Positions 1 to 12,218 of a stretch of DNA of 51,943 nucleotides are shown here, piece after piece. This DNA is from Spongospora subterranea f. sp. subterranea. Taxonomy: Eukaryota. The notes beneath the pieces are model-generated. The model searched no databases and had not been told where the DNA came from. It saw only the letters and a list, made by a program, of their open reading frames with translations. The translations under genes were made by a program, and so were the position numbers. The stretch spans positions 62,001 to 113,943 of the forward strand of contig JAUGWO010000018.1 in NCBI GenBank assembly GCA_049724395.1. The letters run 5' to 3'. Each line of letters opens with the position of its first letter. Position 1 is the stretch's first letter.

Positions 1-3000
1 CATCCTGATGCAACAAAACGTCGGCTGATTGATTTACGGACATATCGACAACATTTAAATCAACAGCTGACGAAGATCTCATATACGTTCCTGCATCATC
101 TCGATTTTTTGCAACCGTTAGGAAAACCTAGAGCAGATCGTTCTGAGGTCAGCTCAATTATGACTGAGCAACGCGACTTTGTACATGCTCAAGAGTACAA
201 CTCTCTACTCCAAAATCCACAGTGTTGCTGATCGTTTCCAATCTTTTGAACAGAACTCCAAAAAATGAAAGTTGATGGAACGGTAAACGAGCAGTGATGG
301 TTGTCGCATTTTTTGAGAGAATTGTAGAATCTGGAACCTAAGTTCTCGATCGATTAGGGGAAATATATGTGAAGCTGACATGATACGATATACAGAAGAT
401 TTTATCAGCTCTTGCGATGGAAGTAACGCGTCGTGTGATGGACCGGAGGTAATCTCGTCTTCTTTGAGTGTCACCGTCAATGTATAGCCTTCGCCGAACT
501 TGGTTTTCAAAAATAATGGTGTACCAGCGCAGCGCAACCGCCCATCTGAAAGAATGGCAACACGGTCACCTGCATAATAAAAATATTAGTCAGGCTCCAA
601 TTGTTGGACGAAAAATCCGACCTAAGACTTCAGCTTCGTCCATAAAATGCTAAATAAATAAGTATGAGGAGTGCATAATTAACAAACGGTTTACGTACTG
701 TCGTCAATACGATAACCCGGCCTTTGCGATTCTTTAGTAATACATCCCAAGTGCATCGTCGGCTGTATGGGTCCATTCCTGACAGAATTCGGTTAGAAGG
801 GGGTTCCTCGCGATAGCACAAATTGATTCACCTGAAGTTGGCTCATCTAAGAAAACGACTCGAGAATTCCCGATCTAAAATATCACATTGGATGTAGACT
901 CAACTATCACAAATAGAACTCACAAATGCTATTGCAACACAGAGTTTTCTTTTTTGCCCTCCTGAGAGCGTCTTGACCTTCTGATGTAATTTATCTTGCA
1001 TGCCTAGCTCCGAAATGTAGCGTTTTATTTCAAAGTCTATCTCGATAAGCCTGGATCCTTTCAAGGTAGAAAACAGGCCTAGCTTCGCATAAGCGGCCGA
1101 ACTAATTATGTCTGAAATTTCCACATACGAAGGTTTTCATAGCACGTAAGATCCTCAAAAAGTATATCATATTGAGGGCACATTCCTAGAGATTGCCGGA
1201 TGTTTTGCATGTTGTGAACCAATGAGTTCCCGTAGACCTAAAGAATTTGAGCGACCTTAGTCAATTTAAAATACAAATAAGGCGAGCCTACTTTTGCGTC
1301 CCCAGACGTAGGTTGTATCAGGCCACATAAAGTCCTGATTAGCGTCGTCTGAGAGAAACTTCAGAGTGCTTCAGAGCCAAAGCAGAGTGTAAATTTTACC
1401 TTACCAGCACCATTGTGACCGAGTAAACTTGTTATTTGACCCTAGTTTCAGTTGTTGATCAAAAGTGCGAACATTACTAAACATGAAGATACTTCGTAAA
1501 GTGTCAGCGTCAGAGAATCAAGAGCAACGCGCTGGTGCTTCATTCCTGGAATGATGAAATGACGGCTAAGTTTTTCGATTTTGACGCAGCTAAATCCAAA
1601 CAGGAATGAGCTATTAAAGCTTGGCCTCGTATTTCACCTTACCGGTCGCGCCTAGCGAGCTGCTTTTGTTCAAACTCGACGTCTTCGACAGAAGTCTGAC
1701 TTTCTGGCTCCGCAACAGAAGCAAAATCAGATTCCTGTACTAGAATTACCGCTTGATGAAATACCAATACAGGGACTACCTCAGCTGTTTTTTTTGGAGG
1801 AACGCGCCCAGTCCAAAACGACTTGTGGAAAGGAAAATGCCAAGGCAACCTTCGTCCTATTTTCTTCGGAAGAACATTTTCTAGATACCATGCCTGCTGT
1901 CCATCAGTGAACAGCATATAACGGTGTAGTACAACATTACAATAATTATATAGATTAAAGCATCAAAGAGCATCAGAGCGGTCATGGCCGGAAGGGATAA
2001 CATTTGATCCTTGTCCTTGAATCCCATGTAAGCCGCACGAAACCCCGAACCGTACACTGAATTCGCCAACGCGTTGAAAACACCAACTCCAAGACATGCG
2101 GGGGCGATTAGGCACGTATACCCTAAAAAAACGACTAAAATTGACGATAGTGGCGCAAACAACAAAGTGACCTTGGGAGAGCGGAGTGTTAGGTAAGGTA
2201 AACGAAACGAAGCTGGCAACGAATGTTGCTACAAGTATGGATATAACAGCTGGCCTAGTATTGCTAAAGAATACTGATAGGGCAATACAAAAAGAAATAC
2301 TCGCCACGCTGAACGCCCAGAAGAACAGGATCAAGATCGCCACCCTGAAATTCGGAAAAATCCCTCCATAATGGGTGATAAAAGCGAGAGCGAGACAAAC
2401 TGGAATGAATGATACTGCAAATGAAAGGGACCTAATTTTCACGATTAATAAAGCAAAGCGCGTTTGGCATGATTGCAGGTCACCATGACAAAGTCAGAAC
2501 TCCATCATATAATCCGGTGACCCTCATTGCTTCGCGAATCATTAATTCCTTCTCTTGAACAATGCTTAATATAACTTGAGCAATAGGGTATGTAAACGCA
2601 ATAATAAACAAAAGACCAGCTACAACTCGCAGATTTTCCAATAAAATTGTTCGCATTGTATCGGGTGTTGTGAAGCTTAGCGACAGCGACAGTCCAGTAT
2701 TATTCACTTGGAATCCGACCGTTCTAAATTTTCAGCTTTAGACGTCAGCGATCATTGGTTGAGGGACAACTTACTGGGTAGCCTCTCCTGTTAAAGAAAT
2801 CAACGCAACCACCATTCCTAATAGCGAAAGTGCAATTACTATCGCCTTAACTTGTCGATCTATTCGCCGCCTTGCCAGGCTCCTGAAGTTGAGTATTATA
2901 CGCGTAATCGGCAGATAATGGATTCCGTATATCATACCAGTTCTTTACAAGCAAGCCCCAAAGCTGCCTAACCCACAGCAGCGACCCGTGAGATCTTGCG

Positions 3001-3849
3001 GTGAATCTAACCCATAAGATGAATGCCAGAAGAAATGTACCAACACAAACGGCAACGATATCTGAAGCAGGAAGGGATGGACAGTCATACGTGTCCCAAA
3101 CTACTTCGTCAATCATTGCCTTGCATGCTACAGATTTTGGACTCCCTATGCATTAGTTGGTAGTCGCTGAGTGTTGAGTTATCACAGGATCGAATACCTC
3201 CAGTTTGACACGCGGCAGCCTTGTAAACAGCAGAGCAGCAATCCTCACTTGGATTTTTGGGGGAAGATGAACACTGGGCTATGAGTTTGGGAGTATCTGA
3301 GGCTTGAAATTCGGGGACAAACACACCGGACCGCGCGAAGCAGTTCCGATATACATCGTCCACGCGAAACAGTTGATTTATGCAGGTTCTAATCTGTATT
3401 GAACCTTTTGTTATGAAGACGAACGATGAGTTGATCAGCAGATACCTCTTCTGTGCTGGCATCAGTCGCCATGATAGAAAATCCAATCCCTGTTCAGAGT
3501 TCTCTCCGGGTATCAGACATCCACAGCCGTTGACTCGCCCTGGCGAACAGCGTCGGATCACAAAGTTAGTGAGGATACGAGAGTGAGTAGACCAAGATCT
3601 CCCACGATGGTGGGACTCGACAGGTCAGTGGGTTATCGTCAGTAACACACGTGTTACTACATACTATCCCTCCCTATATCCATCATGGAGGATTACTCTG
3701 TTAAGTACTGGAACGCGTGCGTGGACACAAACGGGTCTGTATTAAGAGTCTATAAGAGTGATCAAGGGCCAAGGGGCAGCCCTTTCCATTTTGGCTATCC
3801 GCACATGGGAGCGTGATAGATAACACCACGAATGTCTAGCTGTCTTCAT
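1..3849 (-). CDS. ABC transporter subfamily A (ABCA), multi-exon; 3' part runs off the left edge; start codon uncertain
   Basis: Spliced exons give RQLWGLLVKNW, IVQEKELMIREAMRVTGL, Walker A GQITSLLGHNGAGK (~1400-1440), signature LSGGQKRKLCVAIAF, GMDPYSRRCTWDVL and CAGTPLFLKTKFGEGYTLT, all ABCA-typical. 5' exons (3000-3849) were reconstructed by eye. Confidence 0.9.
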
Positions 3850-4059
3850 TAACAAATTGGTTTGTTGTTGATAACTTGATCGAGAGGCTAACTCTGGTAA
3901 CTGTGCGGAACCTCTCTGGTGGGGCCTCCCTGTGACAAATTATATTCTCAATGGCCAATTTGGCATTTTGGAGTTTGATAAAACATTCTGAGTGTAAATC
4001 TCTGTCGATACTTTGAGATGGGCTCCTCTCAATGAACGAAACTGTGCTGCTGCTCGGTG

Positions 4060-4236
4060 AAAGAACGAAAACTGGAACTTGAGCAACAAAAGTTGCAACA
4101 TTCGTCGGAACGCGTCGCCAAGATTACAAAAAAGCAAATATGATTGATTGAACATTCTCAAGACTCTACCCCGACTGCAATCAAGTTTGGACGAATGTTG
4201 CAACTTTTGTTGCTCAAGTTCCAGTTCGCGTTCTTT
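4060..4236. repeat. 47-bp inverted repeat (4060-4106 / 4190-4236) with 83-bp loop
   Basis: aaagaacgaaaactggaacttgagcaacaaaagttgcaacattcgtc recurs reverse-complemented with 2 mismatches. Confidence 0.9.
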
Positions 4237-4448
4237 TCGGGCATAAACTGACCTTTTGGATTCGTCTTCCCATATCAGTCATGTCTTTTATAATCAGAAG
4301 CGCAATACTTTCTGAAATAATTCGCCCCGTCTGGTGGCGGAGAACAACAAATAAAACCGATCTTGACCAACTCAGTAAAAGAGTGTCCGCGCAAAGTTAA
4401 CGACGCAGTTTGCCATAGAGGTCGAAGGAGCTCGTTATTGAAACCCTG

Positions 4449-5752
4449 ATGGATGAACCTTTGGAGCCATCCTTGAAAAACATCATTGAGCAGGTGCTTC
4501 CGCCTAGGCAATTTTATTTTGAATGTTTATGTTGATGATGGCGTCGGATTTTACGTAGCAATCTCTGAAATGGATTTTCGTCGGAGGCAAAGGTGGTGTC
4601 GGCAAAACAACGAGTTCGTGCGCGTTGGCTGTTCAGCTGAGCAAAACTAGAGAAAGTGTACTGATCATCTCAACGGATCCAGCGCATAATCTTAGTGACG
4701 CTTTTGGGCAACAATTTTCTAAGGAAGTCAGTAATTTGAAAGGGTTTCTTCGAGTTTGTCTCATCATTCTGTTTTGTGAAGGTGACTCCAGTAATTGGGT
4801 TCAATAACTTATTCGCTATGGAAATCGATCCCACGTTTGAGTTAGATGACGCTGACGCTCTGGGAATGAACAATTCCACCATGAGCTTAATCTCTGACAT
4901 GTGACATATCACGATTCGTCAAGGACGCGACTCGATACTTATAATTGTTTCCATAGAATCTCTTCGGTCCCAGGGATTGATGAGGCAATGTCATTTGCTG
5001 AATTGATGAAACAAGTTCAATCGATGTCTTACAGCGTCATCGTATTTGACACCGCACCTACTGGTTTTGATTAATCATTCATCGCTATATCGTCGCCTGC
5101 AATTAATTAACGTCGTCAACCAGGTCATACATTAAGATTGCTGGCTTTCCCATCGATCATCGAAAAAGCCCTTAGTAAGGTGATGTCCCTAAAAGACCGG
5201 TTTTCTGGTATATTCTCTCAACTCTCGGGCATGATGGGTGCTGGAAATATATCGGAAGACCAGATTCTGTAATGATTACCAGTCCGGTCCACTCATACGA
5301 TGTCTAATGGGGTGTTGTTGAAGGTCAAAACTGGAAATCAACAAAGCGATTATTGAAAAAGTCAACACGCAGTTCAAAAGTGATGATTTGACAACTTTCG
5401 TATGCGTCTGCATTCCCGAATTTTTATCGTTGTTCGAGACCGAGCGTTTGGTTCAAGAGTTAGCCAAGTTCGGCATAGATACCCACAATATCATCGTCAA
5501 TCAGGTTGGTGATTTGCCTTGGATGTGCATCGTTTTAAGCAATCTTGTTAGGTCTTGTTTCCATCATCTGGAGAAAATTGCTCGAAATGTAATTCTCGAG
5601 TGAAAATGCAGAAAAAATATCGCGATCAGATCGCCGATTTGTACGAGGATTTCAATGTAACAACGATGCCGCTATTGGATGAGGAAGTAAGAGGTCCAGA
5701 ACGTTTACTGGCATTCTCCAATTATATGATCACTCCTTATCAAAGCCAATAA
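4449..5752 (+). CDS. GET3: GET3/ASNA1 (ArsA-family) ATPase, multi-exon
   Basis: [92 protein letters not shown], CxxC; introns GT-AG. Confidence 0.96.
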
Positions 5753-6157
5753 TAAAATCAAGACAATCTGCGTTTAGAAGTCATCGATTCTACCGACAGT
5801 AGAAGGGATCAAACTTGTATGATATACTCCCTGTTGAGTAAACGTCCCTTGCCAACGTTAACTGCTCAAAATTTTGAAAGCGACTACCTAGTAGCATGCG
5901 GCAACAAGTAAGAACAATTGGTAAATCGATCGGCAAACGACGGCGTTAACTAGCAAACTGGGCCCTTGTACGTGATTATATCAGCCGATTTATCGATGAG
6001 GAAGAGGAGGTATTCGAGGGCGAGTTGCATTTGAGGCGATGGTGGTGGAGAGGGATGATGACACTGTTAGGGACGAACCAGACCAGCTGATATAATCACG
6101 TGTGTATTGATACAGGCGAAGCAAAGAGGAACTAGTTCGGGTGTCTTGTTTCAAACT

Positions 6158-6876
6158 TGTCACATATGGAGCGGGCACGTCCAGGAAAGGACCAGAGGAA
6201 AGTGACTCACGTGCCAAAGCAATTGAGTGAGTTAACTAATCCCAGTCAATTCCTTTAAGTTTCAATCTTGCGATTGTACTGCCAGACGGCGGTATTAGTA
6301 TCATCTGAATAAAACAGGTGATACGAAATTACTTCTATAAATTCTTCAGTACACTATAATCTATCAGATTAACAGTCGAAGCCGCGCTCACTATGGACAC
6401 ATCAGTTGGAAACCACGACGCCTACGTAAAACGCGCCGACAGACGTATAAAATACATGGCGTCACAATCAGTGCTGCACAAGCCGCAAACCTGAAGGGCG
6501 AACGTTTTAATCAAACCAAACCCGGAATCATTCAATGTTGACGACCATAAGATTAGGACCTTATTGGCCCCGTTCCCACAACTGAGTAGTCACTTAGAAA
6601 GTGACTGCCAACTTAGGGCATCAGAAGACACCGACGTAAGGCGCTGCCGACAATCAAGTTCCGACAGCATCGTAGCCGGCTAAGGGTAGTACCGCTTGAC
6701 GCACCCCCTCAGGGGAATGTCACATATGGACCAGGATGGGAAGTGACTCACGTGCCAAAGCAATTGAGTGAGTTAACTAAGCCCAGCCACACGGCGATAC
6801 TGTATTAGTATCATCTGAATAAAACAGGTGATACGAAATTACTTCTATAAATTCTTTAGTACACTATAATCTATCA
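6158..6876 (+). mobile_element. Miniature non-autonomous LTR element (TRIM-like / internally deleted LTR retrotransposon)
   Basis: Two TG...CA direct repeats (6158-6366, 6718-6876, tgtcacatatgga...ctataatctatca); perfect 5-bp TSD AAACT (6153-6157, 6877-6881); purine tract aggggaa before the 3' LTR. Confidence 0.9.
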
Positions 6877-7167
6877 AAACTAGGATTCAGAAATATATAA
6901 TGTCAGGGATTGATGGAGGAGTGTGCTAGGGCCGACAGGCGAACTAGTTGTTGGAACAAGAAGCAATATTTCTGAATGGTTTATTTTAGTAAACGATTCT
7001 GGAACATGCTTCGGTTGAGAGTCATGCAGTGAATCATGACATTACCCTCCTCTTTACCAGGCGGATGCCAAACGCCTCTGGCGGCAGAATCGGTGCGACA
7101 GACACGGGAGGACGGGCACAACCGGAAAATGTAGTTCGGACGAGACCGAACACTAACAGGACGGGCA

Positions 7168-7545
7168 AGCTCGGATAATTCAATGCGAAATTTGGAGGCC
7201 GGACGGAACCGGATAAGGGAGGCCGGCAGTAATGCACATGATTCATGGCCGAAACAGGTTTTGGCCTTGTGTTCACTTCAAAACGCGCCTCACACCCAAA
7301 ATTTGATTCGGGAAACAACTCGCCAGATGCAAACATCACAGAAAACGATTTGTCTTTGCGCAACTCTTTTTCATATCAGCATTTTCCAACGCATTCTTCA
7401 GAATGCTCGCTCGTAGACGCTCTCGTATCGCTGCTGTGAGCATAGGGCCACGGCCACAGTGAAATGCACCGGGTGTCCGGCGGTCGCGGAGTTTGCAACA
7501 CTGGACAGTGGACTGGAGTTGCCCGTTACATCATCACAATCTGGC
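7168..7545 (+). pseudogene. Possible degenerate APE-type endonuclease remnant (LINE-like)
   Basis: LG*FNAKFG resembles the GDFNA motif and SLVDALVS resembles the IDY motif; several stops; weak. Confidence 0.25.
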
Positions 7546-7621
7546 TGGGAGAGTCCCTGGACGTCTCGGCATTGGGCAACGTGTCAGATTTATTATTAGC
7601 AGCACGGAAAGCCGTCCGCGA

Positions 7622-8667
7622 ATGGCGGGATCAGTAGCTGAGAATTTCAAGCATACTCTGGGCCAATTGACCGTGTCACAAACCAGTATCGAGAGTGAGC
7701 AGTTATTTATCTATGAATATATATTCCTGTGGAATCCGTTTTTCCATCCCCATCGCAGGCAAAGTTCCAAAATTGCCTCAAAACTCGGTTTTCAATTGAT
7801 TTCATTAACTCTGGCCCTGGACTGAAAAGGAGGGGTGATCTGCGAATTTGTTCGTGATTTACGTTGAGCTGATAAATAATGAATTCTTTCTGTCATTTCG
7901 ATGACGCCGTTCTCACAATAGAAACAACATTGTTGAAATTTTATTAATATCATGGCTCTTATTCTACATTGATCTTATTATGTTTGTTTGTGTTAGCCCT
8001 GTCGAAATATGCACAATTCCATTCTGGCAACTGTCGAATGTTGACGAAAATATGGTGGAACGAGTTCACCAGATCCGAGCCGGGCAGACGCCTCGCCTTT
8101 ATCTACCTACTCAGCGATATTCTGCACGCCTTTCAACGAACCAAGAACCCGTTCATCGACGAGTTCGCGCCGCTGTTGAAGCACATTGTCGACGAGATTA
8201 GGGACCGTTGCGATGCTGATACTCAGGCCAAAACGACCAAGACCTTAAAACTATGGCTTAAACGAAATATATTCGAACCGAAGTTGTTATTGCCGTTAAT
8301 TGGCCAATCTGATGCCGACGTCTCAATTAATAATCAACAGCCGTTGTTTAAATCTCTAATTAAAGCACTTGAGCACGACGATAACGAATCGTTAGACGAT
8401 GTTCTGATTGCTGCGACAGCGGCCCCTTTTCTTGCAGATCCATCTCTCTCAGGTGCCAGGCACATCAACGCCCATCGATCACGCCTCGAAGCTCGGTTAC
8501 GTCGGTCTCAGAATCTGATCACCTTATTGACGCAACGGATCGCGTTCGAGGAGAATATCCTATCGAAATGCGCCGCTGATCTATCAGCTTGCCGCGACAG
8601 GTTAGAAGCCGATGGCGATGCTCCTCAATCCAGCAAGCGCCCAAGGCATACTGTTGACTATTCATAA
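7622..8667 (+). CDS. CID-domain protein (RPRD1/Rtt103-like RNA Pol II CTD-interacting protein)
   Basis: Exon 1 MAGSVAENFKHTLGQLTVSQTSIE, ~300-nt intron, exon 2 LSKYAQFH...KIWWNEF...RRLAFIYLLSDIL...LKLWLKRNIF, then a coiled-coil tail. Confidence 0.85.
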
Positions 8668-8845
8668 ACCATTGTATTAATAATTACACCAACCCGTTCG
8701 TTTACTGTAGATACGCCATGTACAGCCCGTTCTAAACCGCATTTAGACGTTTGACAGTAACACACAGAAGAAAGTTAACCAACGCATCTCCAAGCAGACG
8801 TTTCAGATCTGCCCCAAGCCCACGCTCGTACAAATTCTTCAAACC

Positions 8846-9532
8846 CGATGGGTCTTCGCAATCAAACGTGATGAGAACAGTGCCATCGTCCGCTTCAAGG
8901 CCCGATGGGTAGCACAAGGCTTGGTTCAACAACAGGGATCGATTACGAGGAAGCGTACGCCGCAGTCATGAAGATAACCTCCAGGGCAATCATCGCCTAC
9001 GCGCTTGCCCACCAGTTGTTTCAGGTCGACATTATCGCCGCCCAGCTGAACTGGGACATGGGTAAAGAGATATTTGCCCAACTACCTCAAGGTTTCGGGA
9101 AAGGAAACAAGGGCACGTTTGCGAAACTCAAAAAGGCTTCATACCAATAATGATCGGCTGTCTTTCGCTGTCGATTTGAACAGAACGCAGGGGTCGGACT
9201 GGGATTGGTTGAACCCGAGCTTCACCAACTCTCAGGTAAACATCTTCGACCTCAAATAACCGGCTTGTTTGGTGCCGTAAACAGCCTTTTTGAGTTTTGG
9301 CAGACGCGCCCTTGTTTCGTCTCCCGAAACCTTCCGGTAGTTGGACATATATCTCTTTATTGATGTCCCCGTTCAGTTGGGCGGTGATGATGCCGGCTCG
9401 AACCAACTGTAGCTTGTGGGCGCGCGCGTAGGCGAACTGCCCTGGAAGGTTTGAATTCTGATTGACTGCGGCGTACGATTCCTCGTGGTCGATCCTCCCC
9501 GTTGAACTAAGCCTTTTGCGACCCATCGGGCC
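8846..9532. mobile_element. Ty1/Copia reverse-transcriptase remnant arranged as a fold-back (arms ~8899-9138 / 9283-9532)
   Basis: + strand RWVFAIKRDENSAIVRFKARWVAQG..GIDYEEAYAAV..EIFAQLPQGF; - strand diverged copy continues KAVYGTKQAG...GFNQSQSDPCVL (RVT_2 motifs). Confidence 0.88.
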
Positions 9533-9681
9533 ATGGCAATTGATTATACGAGTAGTGTGACGAGGATAAAAATAAGACTTGAGCCAGGAATTTGGGCCAG
9601 CACAATCAATTACTGGTTCTCGGCCCGTTATTGGATTGGGTTTTTTCATCTTTTCGAGCAAGAGAAAACTACCGATTGACC

Positions 9682-12218
9682 ATGGCGCGGCCACAGACAG
9701 CGTTGAACGCACATGGAGGAATGCAGAAGAAGCTGTCGGAGCAGAACGAGACCGCGCTGATATACGGCAAGATCCGGGACGGGCAATGGCCGGAGGCCAT
9801 TCGCTTGTTGCAGATCGAGCTACAGGAATACCCGAAATCACGAGCATGTTTATCCTTGCTGGGATATTGCTACTATTTCATACAGGTCAGACGACGTGCT
9901 GGAGCCTGTCCATCCGGCGTCGCTAAACAGTTGGCGCTAGGATTTCGGGGCAGCTGCCAACACGTATGAGGAACTTGTAAAACACCATCAGGGAATAGAT
10001 GAGTATCGAGTGTATTACGCCCAATCGTTATATAAAGCGGGAATGTACGACCAAGCTCTCAGGATCTGCAATCTCGTCACCGATCCCCAATTTTCTCGCA
10101 AAATCCTTCTCCTCACCGTTGCGATCAAATACGAGCAGGACGACGTCGTCGGCTGCCGGGCGTTTATTGACGAGTACCTTCCGAAATCAGACCCAGGTCC
10201 GAAATCGGGACAACCGCCCAGCAGGCATCGTAGTCATTCCGATTTGACGACCTGGTTTTCTAGACGCGGCATTCGCCGACGCATGTCTATCGTTCAAGGG
10301 CGAGCAGTTTGAGGATGCGATCACCAGACTTGCTGACGCCAAGAATCATCTAGGATATGCCCCTGATCTATCCTATAATACTGCACTGTGCCACTACAAA
10401 TTGGGTTGGGGCCGTTGACACCATAACCAACTGTGGTTGACGATTGAACCGGTTCCGCAGGTCAATATGGACCCGCTCTAAAACATGTGGCCGATATCAT
10501 TGAGAAAGGCATTCACGAACATCCTGAACTAAGCGTCGGCAGTGGCGGTGATGGAGTTGAGGTCAGAAGCATTGGCAACAGTCAGGTAAAGATGATGTGT
10601 CCGGTTTTCGGGGAAATGGCGGACCCATTTGAGATTTGAGGGGTTGATGGCGAAAACAATCACAGGTCCTGCGGGAAAGCATGCTGGTTGAGGCGTTCAA
10701 CCTGAAATCCGCCATCGAGTACCAGCTGAATAATATGGAAGCGGCCCAGGACGCGATCGCTGATATGCCACCGAGAAGTGAAGATGAGCTCGACGCCGTC
10801 ACCCTTCATAACCAGGGGCTGGTCAATATGGCTGTCGATCCCAGCGAAGGGGTTCGCAAACTCAACTTCCTTTTGGGTATCGCTTCAACTGGATTGGACA
10901 GTTGGCCCGAATTTGTTGACCGTGCTGGATTAGGCCAGGCGACGTTCCCGCCGGAAACGTTCGGGAACTTGCTGCTTCTGTATTGCAAGCTTGGCTACTT
11001 TGACTTAGCTGGCGATTTACTCGCCGCCAATCTCCATCTTCGCGAAACGCATCTGAGTCAGGATCTCTATGAATATCTGGGTATTGTCGTCGATGTTGAC
11101 AAAACTTCAGTCCTGGTCGTTGATTGTTTTTGTTTGACAGAGGCAATGATCTTGGTGCATTCATCCCCTGAAGAAGCGTTCCGAAAATTCGATCTTCTCT
11201 CCTCAAAACACATTGATCAGCTTCGGAAACTCACGAAAAATATTCAGGATGGTCGGGTTGCTCATGATAATAACATGATCAAAGCGTCGTTGAAAGAATA
11301 CGATACGGCTTTGGAGCAATATATCCCTGTGCTGATGTCCCAGGCCAGAATATATTGGGATCGACAGAATTACGCCGCCATCGAGGCCATCTTCAAGCAG
11401 TCGGCCGAGTTCTGTAGCGATCACGACGTGTGGAGGCTGAATGTTGCACATACCTTCTTCATGCAAGAGAACAAGTTCAAGGAGGCAATACGGTACTACG
11501 AGCCAATCGTCAAGAAGCAAGCGGAACACAGCATTCTCGGTACGTCGTTCAAGGAATTCACCATTTTTCAATAACAATCGTGGAATTTTTGTCAGATGTC
11601 ACGGCGATGGTGTTGGCCAATCTTTGTGTCTCGTATATCATGACATCGCAGAACGACGTGGCCCAAGAATTAATGAACCAGGTGGGACAGGAAAGTCGGT
11701 ACAGCTGCGGCCAGCGTTGAATCAGTAAACCCACTCAGATTGAGAAGGAGGAAGAACTGATGGAATTCGACAGCGAAGGCAAACCTGCACAGCTATACCA
11801 TCTTTGCATTGTGAATCTGGTCATTGGCACATTGTACTGTGCTAAGCTCAATTTCAAATTCGGCATCTCACGAATCATGAAGAGCCTAGGTGAGCGATGT
11901 CGATTTCCGCTTTCAAAATCGGAATATGAAACCGGGAAATTGACAGAACCGTTCAATAAGAAGCTAAATCCGGATACGTGGTATTACACGAAGCGGTGCC
12001 TGCTGGCTTTGGCCGATAATTTGGCCAAGCACATGATGATGTTCGGCGACGAGTTCTTCTACGAGCTGGTGGCGTTCCTGGATGGCGTCGAAGACGCCGG
12101 AGCCAATATTAGGACGACGGTGAACGTCTCGGCGATCGCAGATCGAGATAGGGAGAGCAGGACGGTGGCCTCTGAAGCCAGAATGTTCAAGAGATTCTTC
12201 CTGAAGCTACGAGAATAA
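9682..12218 (+). CDS. IFT70: Intraflagellar transport protein IFT70 / TTC30 (TPR protein), multi-exon
   Basis: SRACLSLLGYCYY, YYAQSLYKA, IIEKGIHEHPELSVG, LVEAFNLKSAIEY, DMPPRSEDELDAVTLHN, FPPETFGNLLLLYCK, HLCIVNLVIGTLYCAK, DTWYYTKRC. Confidence 0.96.

Noticed and set aside
9128..9847. 239-aa minus-strand ORF
   Set aside because: Chimera of antisense IFT70 exon 1 and the Copia RT arm.
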